IMG/VR virus record: IMGVR_UViG_3300025298_000103
Coordinates: 6,642-70,641 of that record
DNA from: a virus
Reading direction: 5' to 3' (one strand)
Length of the DNA: 64,000 nucleotides
This document shows positions 9,571-18,760 of the stretch, piece after piece. Within the stretch, counting starts at the first letter, position 1. Every line of letters begins with the position of its first letter. The notes beneath the pieces were generated by a model. That model was not told the origin of the DNA, did no database searches, and saw nothing but the letters and a program-made list of their open reading frames with translations. Both the position numbers and the translations under genes were made by a program.

Positions 9571-10659
9571 CTATTGCGCAGCAGCCACGACGTCGTGAAA
9601 CACATCCATCTGCGCTGCGCCGGCGAGCCAGGCCTCTGCAATCCGGCGTTCAGCCATGGCGGCATAGCCCGGGTTGATCTCACAAAGCAACGATTTGCGC
9701 CCCTCCTGCATTGCGACGAGGGCTGTGGTGCCAGCTCCGCCGAACGGGTCCAGCACCATGCCACCGCGGGGCGCACCGGCAAGAACGCAGGGCCGGATAA
9801 GATCAGGTGGGAAAGTGGCGAAATGCGCGCCCTTGTAGCTCGCGGTGGCCACCGTCCATACGCTGCGTTTGTTACGGGTTTCGTCGTAGTCGAAATCGTC
9901 CCGCCCGGAGCGATGCTGGGCGGTCTGCCCATGTTCTCCAACGGTGTACTTTGTCTCTCTGGCAAAACTGTTGCGCCTGCTGCGACCTACGGCTTTCATC
10001 GGCCCGTTGTTCTTTCCTGGAACGCGATCGCTGCCAGCCTGGCCGTCGATATCCTGGTTCAACCGGGTAACCGTGCTGGCCATCGCCGGTTCGCGGATCG
10101 CGTCCTGGTCGAAGTAGTAGCGCGGCCCTTTGCTCAGCAGGAACATGTACTCATGGGCCTTCGTGCATCGATCCTTGATGGACTCCGGCATCGGGTTCGG
10201 CTTGCTCCAGATGATGTCTTGGCGCAGGTACCACCCGTCATCCTGGAGAGCAAAGGCGAGCCGCCAAGGGATACCCATGAGATCTTTTTGCTTCAGGCCT
10301 TCTGGCGGGGCTCGCCGGCGCCCACGCAGCACCGCGCCCCGGGTCGCCTTGGAAACCGTGTCGTGCTTCCCCGCTGAGCCCTCGGGTGCGTAGCCGCCGG
10401 CGATCGAAGCGTAGGTATCGCCCATGTTTAACCACAGCGTTCCGTCGTCGCGCAGCACCCGGCGTACTTCGCGGAAGACGGCCACCAGGTTGTCGACAAA
10501 CTCTCCTGGGGTGTCCTCCATGCCGATCTGGCCGTCATGGCCGTAATCACGCAGCCCGAAGTAAGGCGGGCTGGTGACGCAGGTGTGTACCGACTGATCC
10601 GGCAGCGTCCGCATCATATCGATGCAGTCTCCGACCAAGATTTGATGTTGTTCTGTCAT
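9571..10659 (-). CDS. DNA amino-methyltransferase (N4-C/N6-A, beta class)
   Basis: VTSPPY motif IV precedes VLDPFGGAGTT motif I; AHFATFP. Start reset to MTEQHQIL. Confidence 0.92.
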   Translation of the reverse strand: MTEQHQILVGDCIDMMRTLPDQSVHTCVTSPPYFGLRDYGHDGQIGMEDTPGEFVDNLVAVFREVRRVLRDDGTLWLNMGDTYASIAGGYAPEGSAGKHDTVSKATRGAVLRGRRRAPPEGLKQKDLMGIPWRLAFALQDDGWYLRQDIIWSKPNPMPESIKDRCTKAHEYMFLLSKGPRYYFDQDAIREPAMASTVTRLNQDIDGQAGSDRVPGKNNGPMKAVGRSRRNSFARETKYTVGEHGQTAQHRSGRDDFDYDETRNKRSVWTVATASYKGAHFATFPPDLIRPCVLAGAPRGGMVLDPFGGAGTTALVAMQEGRKSLLCEINPGYAAMAERRIAEAWLAGAAQMDVFHDVVAAAQ

Positions 10660-10708
10660 CGCTTCGGCCCCGTGTAGATCGGCCAGGTCATGTAGAGCAG
10701 GGGAATGA

Positions 10709-11407
10709 TCACGGCTGAATCCTCCTGAACTTGACGACCCATACCCAGGGATTGGCATTCCAGTCGCCGCCGGTGGATTCCCAAAGGTGGCGCCATGCAG
10801 TTCGCAAGGTCGGACGACCATCAGCGCCTGAGCCGGCATGACACATGTCGTACCGGTCCTGCCCATCTGCAAGCGCATCGAGATCAATCCCCTCGGCTTC
10901 GATCTCGTTATCGTTGATGTCCTGCAACCGTTCGACCCGGACGTCGGTGATCTCCAGCAGGATGCGGCAGGCATTGCGCGGCATGTGGATACTGGGGCGC
11001 CAGCGCTCGCCGATGTCGTGCAGGTCGGCCGGCACGTTCTCCAGGCCTGGCGGAAGGCAGTTGGGGTAGGTCGCCCGATAGGTCAGGTAACCAGGGTCGC
11101 AGTTTCCGACGCGTGCCCAGGTCTCGCGCACCCACAGCCGGTCACCTGGCCTGCCGTAAGGGCAGCGCCCGAACGTGGCCAGTTCCTGGGCGCACTCAGC
11201 CTCGGTCGTCCCAAACACGCAGAAACCGTAGCGTGGATCCCGCTGGCCGATCGCGCTCCAGCGTGGCCCATCGGCGGCAATGGAAGTGTCCTCGGTAGGG
11301 ATCTGTCCACCCTTGACCGGCCGGCGTGTGACCGTCTTCCGGCCTTCTAGGATGGCGCGCACCATCGGCGCCGAGAACAGGATCGGTCTTTGTTTAATTT
11401 CGGGCAT
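10709..11407 (-). CDS. Conserved phage protein (ASCH-like, RPILFSAPMVRAIL family)
   Basis: GRKTVTRR, CPYGRPGDRLWVRETW, WRPSIHMPR, WNANPWVWV. Confidence 0.8.
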   Translation of the reverse strand: MPEIKQRPILFSAPMVRAILEGRKTVTRRPVKGGQIPTEDTSIAADGPRWSAIGQRDPRYGFCVFGTTEAECAQELATFGRCPYGRPGDRLWVRETWARVGNCDPGYLTYRATYPNCLPPGLENVPADLHDIGERWRPSIHMPRNACRILLEITDVRVERLQDINDNEIEAEGIDLDALADGQDRYDMCHAGSGADGRPTLRTAWRHLWESTGGDWNANPWVWVVKFRRIQP

Positions 11408-11455
11408 ACGAGTATTCTCCGTATACAACTATGTATGTGATATGTGGGCAGGCGA

Positions 11456-12088
11456 ATGGCTGATAAGTTATCGGTGAGTGTTTATTGTTTTTTACTATTC
11501 CTTGCTGGGAGTGTGTTCGGTTTTATCTTTTCTAAGGATGGGCAAATTAGCCTGATAGGTTTTCTTAGTGCGAGCTCTAGCATTGCCACCGTAGCTACGG
11601 CTGTGATCGCGCTGGTTGCGCTGAATAGCTGGAAGCAGCAGTTTAAATTACAGAAGCGATACGATGCTGTCATGGAGTTGAGGGGGCATGCATTAAATGT
11701 AAGTCCGCCGCTTCTTTATTTAAATAGTATGCGCGAACACTTTGCTCACTATCTCAGGTCCAAAGACGATAATGCACTCGCTGAGTTATATCCATATGAA
11801 ATTCAACGTGAATGGTTCGTTAAAATAAATGAAATGACAAAATCTTGGAATGTCGTTTCGATTCTATTGTCAGATGCTGAATTAGCTATGTTGGATAAAA
11901 CTCCGGTTGTATTGGAGAAGATGGTAAGAGAGGTTGTAGACGAGATGATGCAGATGTCGGTCGGGGGAGAGAAGAAGTCTCTACTCTCTCTTCATCAAAC
12001 TGGAAATCAGGGCGCGTTAAAAATAGAAAAAGCATTTACAGATTTCGAAAAACAGTGCCGAGACCTTCTAAAATACATTTCAAGCTAG
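11456..12088 (+). CDS. Moron: membrane protein of unknown function
   Basis: AT-rich, opposite strand to neighbours; two N-terminal hydrophobic helices followed by ALNSWKQQ. Confidence 0.75.
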   Translation: MADKLSVSVYCFLLFLAGSVFGFIFSKDGQISLIGFLSASSSIATVATAVIALVALNSWKQQFKLQKRYDAVMELRGHALNVSPPLLYLNSMREHFAHYLRSKDDNALAELYPYEIQREWFVKINEMTKSWNVVSILLSDAELAMLDKTPVVLEKMVREVVDEMMQMSVGGEKKSLLSLHQTGNQGALKIEKAFTDFEKQCRDLLKYISS

Positions 12089-12181
12089 TCAGTGTTTCGA
12101 TACGCGCCTACCTCGTTCTAGTCGGCGGCGTTAGGGGCTTGATGATTGCCTCGCGGCGCGTTTTGATCAGCGCGACCATTC

Positions 12182-12496
12182 TCATGGCGCCACTTCCCGG
12201 CACGCCCAGCTCACGCATGGGCCGTCCTCGGAGTCGAATATTCCGAGCAAGAACCACTCTGGACCAGGCGCTACAGGGTCCCAGCCGAGGCAGTGGCATT
12301 CGCCGTCGTCATACGGATGGTGTTCATGGATGTCAGACTCCATATGCCATTGCTTCAGCTCGAGACGCTGCTCAGCGATCCAGGCCTCGAACGCTGTGTA
12401 GTCTTCGTCAAAGTCGGGCAGTTCTGGATGATCCCACCAGCCGTCCTGGTCGCGATCAACGGTCACTGGCTGGATGAGCTTGATTTCTTCAGGCAT
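12182..12496 (-). CDS. Phage hypothetical protein
   Basis: Acidic 104 aa; RDQDGWWDHP...WFLLGIFDSEDGP. Confidence 0.7.
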   Translation of the reverse strand: MPEEIKLIQPVTVDRDQDGWWDHPELPDFDEDYTAFEAWIAEQRLELKQWHMESDIHEHHPYDDGECHCLGWDPVAPGPEWFLLGIFDSEDGPCVSWACREVAP

Positions 12497-12696
12497 GACT
12501 GTTCATTTGCCGCTATAGCGGCTGGAGGTTAGTGTGCTTAATGGTTTAGCTAGCGATAATCTGCACGTTACCAAATTTGGTCGAGATGTTCGGCGTAGGT
12601 GGTGCTGAGACTATCATGCGGGGAAGGAAGTAAAACTAATATGGTAGCTATCAACCAGGAATTTTGAAAAAACATAGCGTGACTTTAACTATCTAG

Positions 12697-12732
12697 ATAT
12701 GGCCGCCCCTTTAATAGGGCGGCCATATTTTT
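12697..12732. terminator. Hairpin terminator
   Basis: ATATGGCCGCCC-CTTTAATA-GGGCGGCCATAT followed by a T-tract. Confidence 0.65.
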
Positions 12733-12759
12733 CTGGGTGGTGTTCAATTTTTGTATAAT

Positions 12760-12981
12760 TCAGATTAAGTCCTTGCAGTGTTTGTTGCACCAAACGTTGA
12801 AACCTAATTTTGCTCCAATTATTAAGTAGCTAGCAGGAGGCGGAGCTAACATAGCAGCTTGATCCAAAAGCTCTAGGATCTTAGTTTTGTTCTGGCAAGC
12901 GAGATCAGTTCCCGCACCAGCTGGTGAGGCAGACGCTACGCGCTCTAGATCCTCTTCATATGTTTCTATAGCGTTACTCAT
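12760..12981 (-). CDS. Small AT-rich moron protein
   Basis: 73 aa; GGAG RBS upstream and hairpin downstream. Confidence 0.6.
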   Translation of the reverse strand: MSNAIETYEEDLERVASASPAGAGTDLACQNKTKILELLDQAAMLAPPPASYLIIGAKLGFNVWCNKHCKDLI

Positions 12982-13190
12982 TTTTATTCTCCGTTGAATT
13001 TAGTTCTGATAAGGGTTTTGTGATAATGCTTGTGTGTTTTTCGATAATCGACAGCGCCCCTTGGCTCTTGGAGTTTGCCGCTGAACGCTCGTTGAGCATA
13101 GCGTGGATCTATACTTGAAAAAGTAGAAAAAGAAATAAGGTTCAATTTCCTCAAGTTATAAGATTGAACTTTAAGGGTGTTAGGTACGCT

Positions 13191-15353
13191 CTATGCTGCG
13201 ATTGATTCTGATGAGCATTGCCGCCATGGATCATTTGCTTTCGCTAACGCAGCCATCGGCGGCGGGCTGACGCTGTTGCCGCACATGTGCACCTGCTGGG
13301 TTTTGGTGAACGGCTTGCCGTCGGCGCCGCGGTCGATGATGTAGTCGTCCGGAAAGCCCTGGGCCTTGTACAGCTCCGACGGCTGCAGCATCCGCAGGCA
13401 GATGTCGACGATCACGTAAGGGGTGCCCTTGATGGTCACAGTGACCAGGCCCAGGCGATCCTTGGTGGTGATGGTCGGCGCTGGTGCGTCGGCTCCGCTG
13501 ATGTTCTCGGTTCCGTAGTAACTGATCAGGAAAGCGGCGACACACAGGGCGCCTGCCTTGACCTCTGGCGAGAGCTGCAGCTCCACCAGCGAGCTTTTGC
13601 CGCCGCCTCCCGCCGTGATAGTGGGTGCTGGCTCGTCTACTGCCTGGCCGACACTTGCACCAAACTGGCGCTCCACGAACGCTGTCATCAGGCCATGGTG
13701 AGTGCCGCCGGCGCTGATGGTGTGCAGCGGGTCGCCTGCGTCTCGCGCATCGCAGTTTCCGCGCAGGTGAACCAGGTTCGCCGTCACCAGCTGCTGCTGG
13801 CTGCCGGTGTTGGTCACGGTGGTCATCGGGTCCTCGATGCTCTTGGCGGCGGTGGTGTTGAAGCCGCCATTCATCTGGGCCATGAACACCGTGGATATGC
13901 CCATAGCGTGGGCCGCGCCGGCAGGGCGCTGGTAGTTCCCGCCGCTGGTGATGGTAGGCAGCGGCTCGGCGAGCGCTTTGCCTTCGTCCGCAAACCGAAA
14001 CTTCACCAGGTGCGCCGCCGCGATCGCGCGGTGGTTCTGAGTCATCAGCGTCCCGACTGGCTGATCCACAGCGGCTGGCTTGCCGGAGTATTCAGGACCA
14101 CCAGCACCGACCAGCACCGCACCAGCGAGGGCATGTTTAACTCCGCCTGCAACGACAGTGCCCAGGGGCTGGCCAAGGCCTGGCACACGCGGCTCCTGTC
14201 CAGTGCGTTCGCCATATCCGGTCTGGATCAGGGTCGGGCTGATCAGCATCAGCTCGCCGCGGTTCGCGCAGGTCACGGTTGGTAGCGGCGAGTTCGGATC
14301 GTTCACCCGGTTGCTGCCCTGGTGCGTTGCCGGCGCAATGATCGGGCTGGCCATGGCGAACGATCCGCCACGGGGCCAGGAGGTCACCGTGCGCAGCGGT
14401 TCATGCGCTGACTGCACACTGTCGCCGGACCAGTTCGCAATTGGCACGATGAACGGGGCGGCGGCATCGAGGACATATTTCTTCATGCCCTTGGCAATCC
14501 GGCGCAGGGTTGCGGGGGCCAGTGGCTTCGGCCTGTCGAAGATGCTTTTGCTCGGGATCGTCCAGTCGATGCACTCGGCGGCGGTACGCCACTTCTTTTG
14601 GCCCTTGGCCGGGTTCTTGGCGTGGGTCGGTTCCGGCCACACGATGGGCTGGCCATCGCACCGGGCGATCATGAACAGGCGTTCACGGCTGGTCGGCGCG
14701 CCGTAGTCGCAGGCCTTCAGCACCCGCCATTCAACGGTGTAGCCGAGGCGCTGCAGCTCGGCGACGAAAACCGCCCAGGTCTGGCCGCGGCGTTTCTGGT
14801 CGGGCACCAGGAACTGCTGGTGGACCGGCACAACCTCACCCGGCGCCGCTATGTCGCCGCCTAGCTTCACCACGCGGCCGGTGGCCTTGTCACGCTTGGC
14901 CACCAGCGGCCCCCATTGCAGGATTTGTTTCACGTTCTCCAGGCTGATGACGCGGGGCTTTTTCTTGCCGGCCCACTTCAGGCCGATCCACGACAGATTC
15001 CGGATCTCACGCTTGCGCGGCTGGCCGCCGGCGGCCTGGCTGTGGTGGGTGCAGTCTGGTGACATATGGAACCAACCAACGGCCTTGCCGCCGCACTCGG
15101 TGTCTGGATCGCCATCGAAAACGTCGGTAGTGAAGTGCACGGCGCCCGGGTGGTTCACGGTGTGCATGCTGATCGCGCTTGGGCTGTGGTTCTTTGCGAC
15201 ATTCACCGCGCGACCCAAACCCATCTCCAGGCCGGTACCGGCACCACCGCCACCGCAGAAGAAATCGACAACGATCTCATCGTCCTGAGTGCTGAAGCCG
15301 AGTCCATACTGGGTTTTGAAGTCGAAGGGGTGTTTCTTCTGTTGTGCGGACAT
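13191..15353 (-). CDS. Phage DNA cytosine-5 methyltransferase with internal repeats
   Basis: DFFCGGGG (I), SPDC (IV), LENV (VI), TSRERLF (VIII), GNSV (X). Confidence 0.9.
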   Translation of the reverse strand: MSAQQKKHPFDFKTQYGLGFSTQDDEIVVDFFCGGGGAGTGLEMGLGRAVNVAKNHSPSAISMHTVNHPGAVHFTTDVFDGDPDTECGGKAVGWFHMSPDCTHHSQAAGGQPRKREIRNLSWIGLKWAGKKKPRVISLENVKQILQWGPLVAKRDKATGRVVKLGGDIAAPGEVVPVHQQFLVPDQKRRGQTWAVFVAELQRLGYTVEWRVLKACDYGAPTSRERLFMIARCDGQPIVWPEPTHAKNPAKGQKKWRTAAECIDWTIPSKSIFDRPKPLAPATLRRIAKGMKKYVLDAAAPFIVPIANWSGDSVQSAHEPLRTVTSWPRGGSFAMASPIIAPATHQGSNRVNDPNSPLPTVTCANRGELMLISPTLIQTGYGERTGQEPRVPGLGQPLGTVVAGGVKHALAGAVLVGAGGPEYSGKPAAVDQPVGTLMTQNHRAIAAAHLVKFRFADEGKALAEPLPTITSGGNYQRPAGAAHAMGISTVFMAQMNGGFNTTAAKSIEDPMTTVTNTGSQQQLVTANLVHLRGNCDARDAGDPLHTISAGGTHHGLMTAFVERQFGASVGQAVDEPAPTITAGGGGKSSLVELQLSPEVKAGALCVAAFLISYYGTENISGADAPAPTITTKDRLGLVTVTIKGTPYVIVDICLRMLQPSELYKAQGFPDDYIIDRGADGKPFTKTQQVHMCGNSVSPPPMAALAKANDPWRQCSSESIAA

Positions 15354-15409
15354 AGGGATACCTTGAGTGATGGCTTCGTGCGATCATTTGAAAAAGAACA
15401 GGAGGATCT

Positions 15410-16123
15410 ATGGGATCTAAAGCAACTAAGCGTTCCGATACGTTAACTAGCTTTCTAGTCTTTTCGAGCATGTTTATTCTTATTGTTTTAGCGGTCGCGA
15501 TATTCGCCTACCGATATAAGTTCGGCGGCAACTTATCAGGCAACTCTAGCGACTGGTCGAATTTCGGAAGTTATATTGGCGGTGTTTTTGGTCCGCTTAT
15601 TTCGTTTGTTACTCTGTTGGCGGTTTTGAGGACGGTTTATCTACAGCGAGAACTATTAGATACTCAACGTGATGAGTTTCAGTCGATGCAAGTGCTTCAA
15701 CGGGATACGTTTCTGTCTCAACAAGAGCAGCTGAGGCTTGCTGCGGAAGCAGCAGAAAAAGACCAATATAATCGGACGCTGGATCACCTCCTGAGCATGG
15801 TTGATAGACATGTCTCTCTATACGAGGGCATCGTCGATAGGGCAACTCAAGGCGTTCAGACATTGGCTAGTTGGGCATTTGACGGCAAGCCAGTAAAACA
15901 GGAGCAGATTATAATGCTTGCCAACAAGAATGATCGCCACAAAAAGACGCTAGATAGCCTTGCCTGTCTTTCCATAGACTTGTCAATGACTAAATTTAAT
16001 TCAATTCCCGAGATGCGAGAATATTACCGCGCTGAGATGTATAAGATCTTGGAGAGCGAATCGAGTTCAAAAGATGGTGATGAAGAAGTGGATTCTCCTA
16101 GCCCTTCAAGCGTATCTAAGTGA
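15410..16123 (+). CDS. Moron: two-TM plus coiled-coil protein (putative abortive-infection-like)
   Basis: DWSNFGSYIGGVFGPLISF motif then Q/E-rich coil; opposite strand. Confidence 0.75.
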   Translation: MGSKATKRSDTLTSFLVFSSMFILIVLAVAIFAYRYKFGGNLSGNSSDWSNFGSYIGGVFGPLISFVTLLAVLRTVYLQRELLDTQRDEFQSMQVLQRDTFLSQQEQLRLAAEAAEKDQYNRTLDHLLSMVDRHVSLYEGIVDRATQGVQTLASWAFDGKPVKQEQIIMLANKNDRHKKTLDSLACLSIDLSMTKFNSIPEMREYYRAEMYKILESESSSKDGDEEVDSPSPSSVSK

Positions 16124-16152
16124 GAGTCACCTAAGGCCTTGAGTCGAGCTCT

Positions 16153-16362
16153 TCAAAATGGGATGTGCAGTGAGAATGTGGTTATTCGTCGTGAGTGATG
16201 CAAAGGGCTTCGCGGGCGTAGGCGAGCTTCAATTTCCGCGATACGTTTTCGGAAGTCACGTATTCGTGTTGGGCCAAGGCCATGCAGGTGATGAATCATC
16301 AGCGTGATCGCCTCGCCAGCTTCCTCGATGCCGCTGCACACGCTTCCATAGGTAATGGGCAT
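16153..16362 (-). pseudogene. Deletion scar: C5-MTase N-terminus fused to a remnant paralogue of 18356-18682
   Basis: MPITYGSVCSGIE joined to AITLMIHHLHGLGP; an alternate frame reads HEYVTSENVSR, matching HEIVISENVAR in 18356-18682. Confidence 0.6.
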
Positions 16363-16410
16363 GGGTGATCCTCGTCGGTATATTGCGGATCAGTTACTGG
16401 AGGATTAGGG

Positions 16411-16878
16411 ATGAAACTGCCAAACCGAATCAAAGCTCTTTTGCCGGAAGGGATTCAGAACAAGATCGACCTTGGAAGATGTCGCAAAGCACTACGTGAG
16501 CTGGGGAAGAAAAGACCACCAAATACTCATCAAGCCCACGAAAGCGGAGAGGTGGCCGAATATCTTGCAGAGAGTCAGTCACTGCATTATTGGCATGAAA
16601 TGCTGACCACTGAGGCCTTTCGCCTGAGAACCGATCAGCTTTCAGTGCCGATGCCGGATATCAATAACGATTTGATGTACGACAAAGTGGAATGGGATGT
16701 CGACCACCGAGAACCTAGATTCCTGTCACCGATAGGAGTTGCGACTGTGATCGCAACCATTCGAGAAGCGGAAAAACACAATCGAGAAGTCTGGACATTC
16801 CGCATATCGATCATCACCGCACTTACGGGCCTTGGCGGCGTAATCATTGGGGTTTTGTCTGCCCTCAGTAAAGCGTGA
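16411..16878 (+). CDS. Moron: hypothetical protein with C-terminal TM helix
   Basis: GGAGG RBS; C-terminal IITALTGLGGVIIGVLSAL. Confidence 0.7.
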   Translation: MKLPNRIKALLPEGIQNKIDLGRCRKALRELGKKRPPNTHQAHESGEVAEYLAESQSLHYWHEMLTTEAFRLRTDQLSVPMPDINNDLMYDKVEWDVDHREPRFLSPIGVATVIATIREAEKHNREVWTFRISIITALTGLGGVIIGVLSALSKA

Positions 16879-16882
16879 TGCC

Positions 16883-17065
16883 CTAGGGGTATGCGGATAC
16901 TTCGCCAGTATCGATCTTGCGTAGCTCCAGTACCTCGATGCGCTGCGTGCCGTCGGTGATCACCCAGCAAGGCAGCTCAAGGTTGCGGAAGGTGCCGTGG
17001 TAGCTGCGGTAGGCGCCGAGCGCTGCCTTCCGGAATGAGTCAGCGGCGACCCGGCCAATCGGCAT
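16883..17065 (-). CDS. Small phage hypothetical protein (possibly 5'-truncated)
   Basis: 60 aa in early-left orientation. Confidence 0.4.
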   Translation of the reverse strand: MPIGRVAADSFRKAALGAYRSYHGTFRNLELPCWVITDGTQRIEVLELRKIDTGEVSAYP

Positions 17066-17303
17066 CGGGCTACCCCCCCCAGTAGGCTCAGTTCGAAAAC
17101 AGATGTGTTGGAGATGCGTTTCTCTGCTTCGCGGATGGTGCCCGGGGAAAGCTTGAACTCCCGGGCTACCTTGATAATTACCCAGACCGGTCTAAGGTCT
17201 ATCTCAGTTCTTACTTCAGCGTGCCAGGAGGCATTCAGTACAGGGTAGGAATCGGCCACTTTTCACAGTTATATCTATCAAATTCCCATTGGGAGGGATA
17301 CCA

Positions 17304-17732
17304 ATGAAAAAACTACGAGCCTGTTTGATTCCACTTGCCTCGGCGCTGAGTCTATCTGTTCTTTCTAGTTATGCTCTAGCGGACGTATACCTTTGTACAT
17401 CCGATCCTTGTAGTACTTGGGAGTCGACTCCACTTACAGAGGATCAACGTAATATAAAGTCTCCAGATAGCAATAAAACCACTATTAAGGCGACCCTTGA
17501 GAATTCAGTAAGAACAGAAGTTTCTAGTGCTTATAAGACTAAGGATCCGAAAGGTAAAAATCTCTACCTCAAGAGAGACCTATGGCATAAAGGGGGGGCA
17601 GTTCCTTTTTCGGATGATGTGCATGTGACTGTTTATATTCATGATAAGCCCACTAACGAGAAGCCCTCTAATTCATGCCACGCTTTCTCATATAAGAAGC
17701 AGGGTAACAAGAACTACTTCGGCACCTGTTAA
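17304..17732 (+). CDS. Moron: secreted/periplasmic protein with Cys pairs
   Basis: GGAGG RBS; signal peptide MKKLRACLIPLASALSLSVLSSYALA; AT-rich. Confidence 0.75.
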   Translation: MKKLRACLIPLASALSLSVLSSYALADVYLCTSDPCSTWESTPLTEDQRNIKSPDSNKTTIKATLENSVRTEVSSAYKTKDPKGKNLYLKRDLWHKGGAVPFSDDVHVTVYIHDKPTNEKPSNSCHAFSYKKQGNKNYFGTC

Positions 17733-18153
17733 TAGAAGTAGTTATTTCGAAGCCGGAGCGCTCAGCAGATTCCGGTCCTGGGGAAGTGTTGTGGCCCACA
17801 ACACTTGCTTGGCGCCTATGGCTGATCTTGGCAGTGTTGCTAGTGGCAACCGTGGAGCGTTAATCGAATTCATCCACTATGTCTACTACCTCGGCTGCTC
17901 AGTAGTTGCTGTAGGCTGCTTAGCGCCGATTGAGGGGGGCGGAGGCGCGACCGGTTCAACCCGGCGCCGAATATACGGCTTTGGCGCTGGAGGTTCTTGA
18001 GGGACCCATACGACGGGCGCATTGTGCGCTCATGGTGTTCTCCATGCGGGCGCCGCCCTCCGGGACCGGATGCGTAGCGGATGGTGGCAATTTGGGTAGA
18101 TGTGGGGTATTACGGGTGACCGGCAAGGAGCCGGGTTAAAGGGAGTTTGAAAA

Positions 18154-18366
18154 ATGGCTACAGATCGTGAAATTGCTTTGGATCAAGCACTGATTGCTGT
18201 ATTGGGCGCCGCTCAAGATCTCAAACTGGATCTTGTGCAAATCAGCCAGAAGGCCAAGGCTTTGATTTTGGATAACTCAAAGTATCGGCAAGCTGAGCAT
18301 CCGCATGTCGGTAATGCGTGGAATGAGGTTGAGAAAGCCATTGCCTCTGTAAGAGCTAAAGCATAG
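18154..18366 (+). CDS. Small helical hypothetical protein
   Basis: 70 aa; GGGAG RBS. Confidence 0.6.
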   Translation: MATDREIALDQALIAVLGAAQDLKLDLVQISQKAKALILDNSKYRQAEHPHVGNAWNEVEKAIASVRAKA

Positions 18367-18682
18367 GCGGTAATTGTTCATCACCCGGGTCGCGCTTCAG
18401 CTCGGCCAAGCTTTGAATGTGAAAGTCGCGCGCCACGTTTTCGCTAATAACGATTTCGTGGCGCGCCTTCAGTGCATCGCGCGCACCCTCTGGCCCGAGT
18501 GAATGCACGTACCGCAGACAGCCCTCAATCACCGAAGCCTGCTCGGTGTCCTCGTTCCAAACCATGATCTCCTCGAGGATATTGCGGGTGCCGAGTCGGC
18601 ACCGGTGCCGCAGCTCCTTCTCGTCGTACTCGATCCGCTTCAGTGCTGCTTTGGCCGATCGTTCTTGTCCAGTCTTGGCCAT
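18356..18682 (-). CDS. Phage hypothetical protein
   Basis: 108 aa, in the operon downstream of YqaJ. Confidence 0.7.
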   Translation of the reverse strand: MAKTGQERSAKAALKRIEYDEKELRHRCRLGTRNILEEIMVWNEDTEQASVIEGCLRYVHSLGPEGARDALKARHEIVISENVARDFHIQSLAELKRDPGDEQLPPML

Positions 18683-18760
18683 GGCCTACCTCTTCGATTC
18701 CGCTGGCCGGCATGCCGAGCCAGGTTTGACGTTTGCGTTGCTGGGTGCGGGCTATGTGCT

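Noticed and set aside
10660-10974. N-terminal extensions in the ORF track (MTase, NinG 30852, replication gene 29077, acyltransferase 63421 and others)
   Set aside because: They overlap upstream genes or lack an RBS; starts were reset to downstream ATG/GTG codons.
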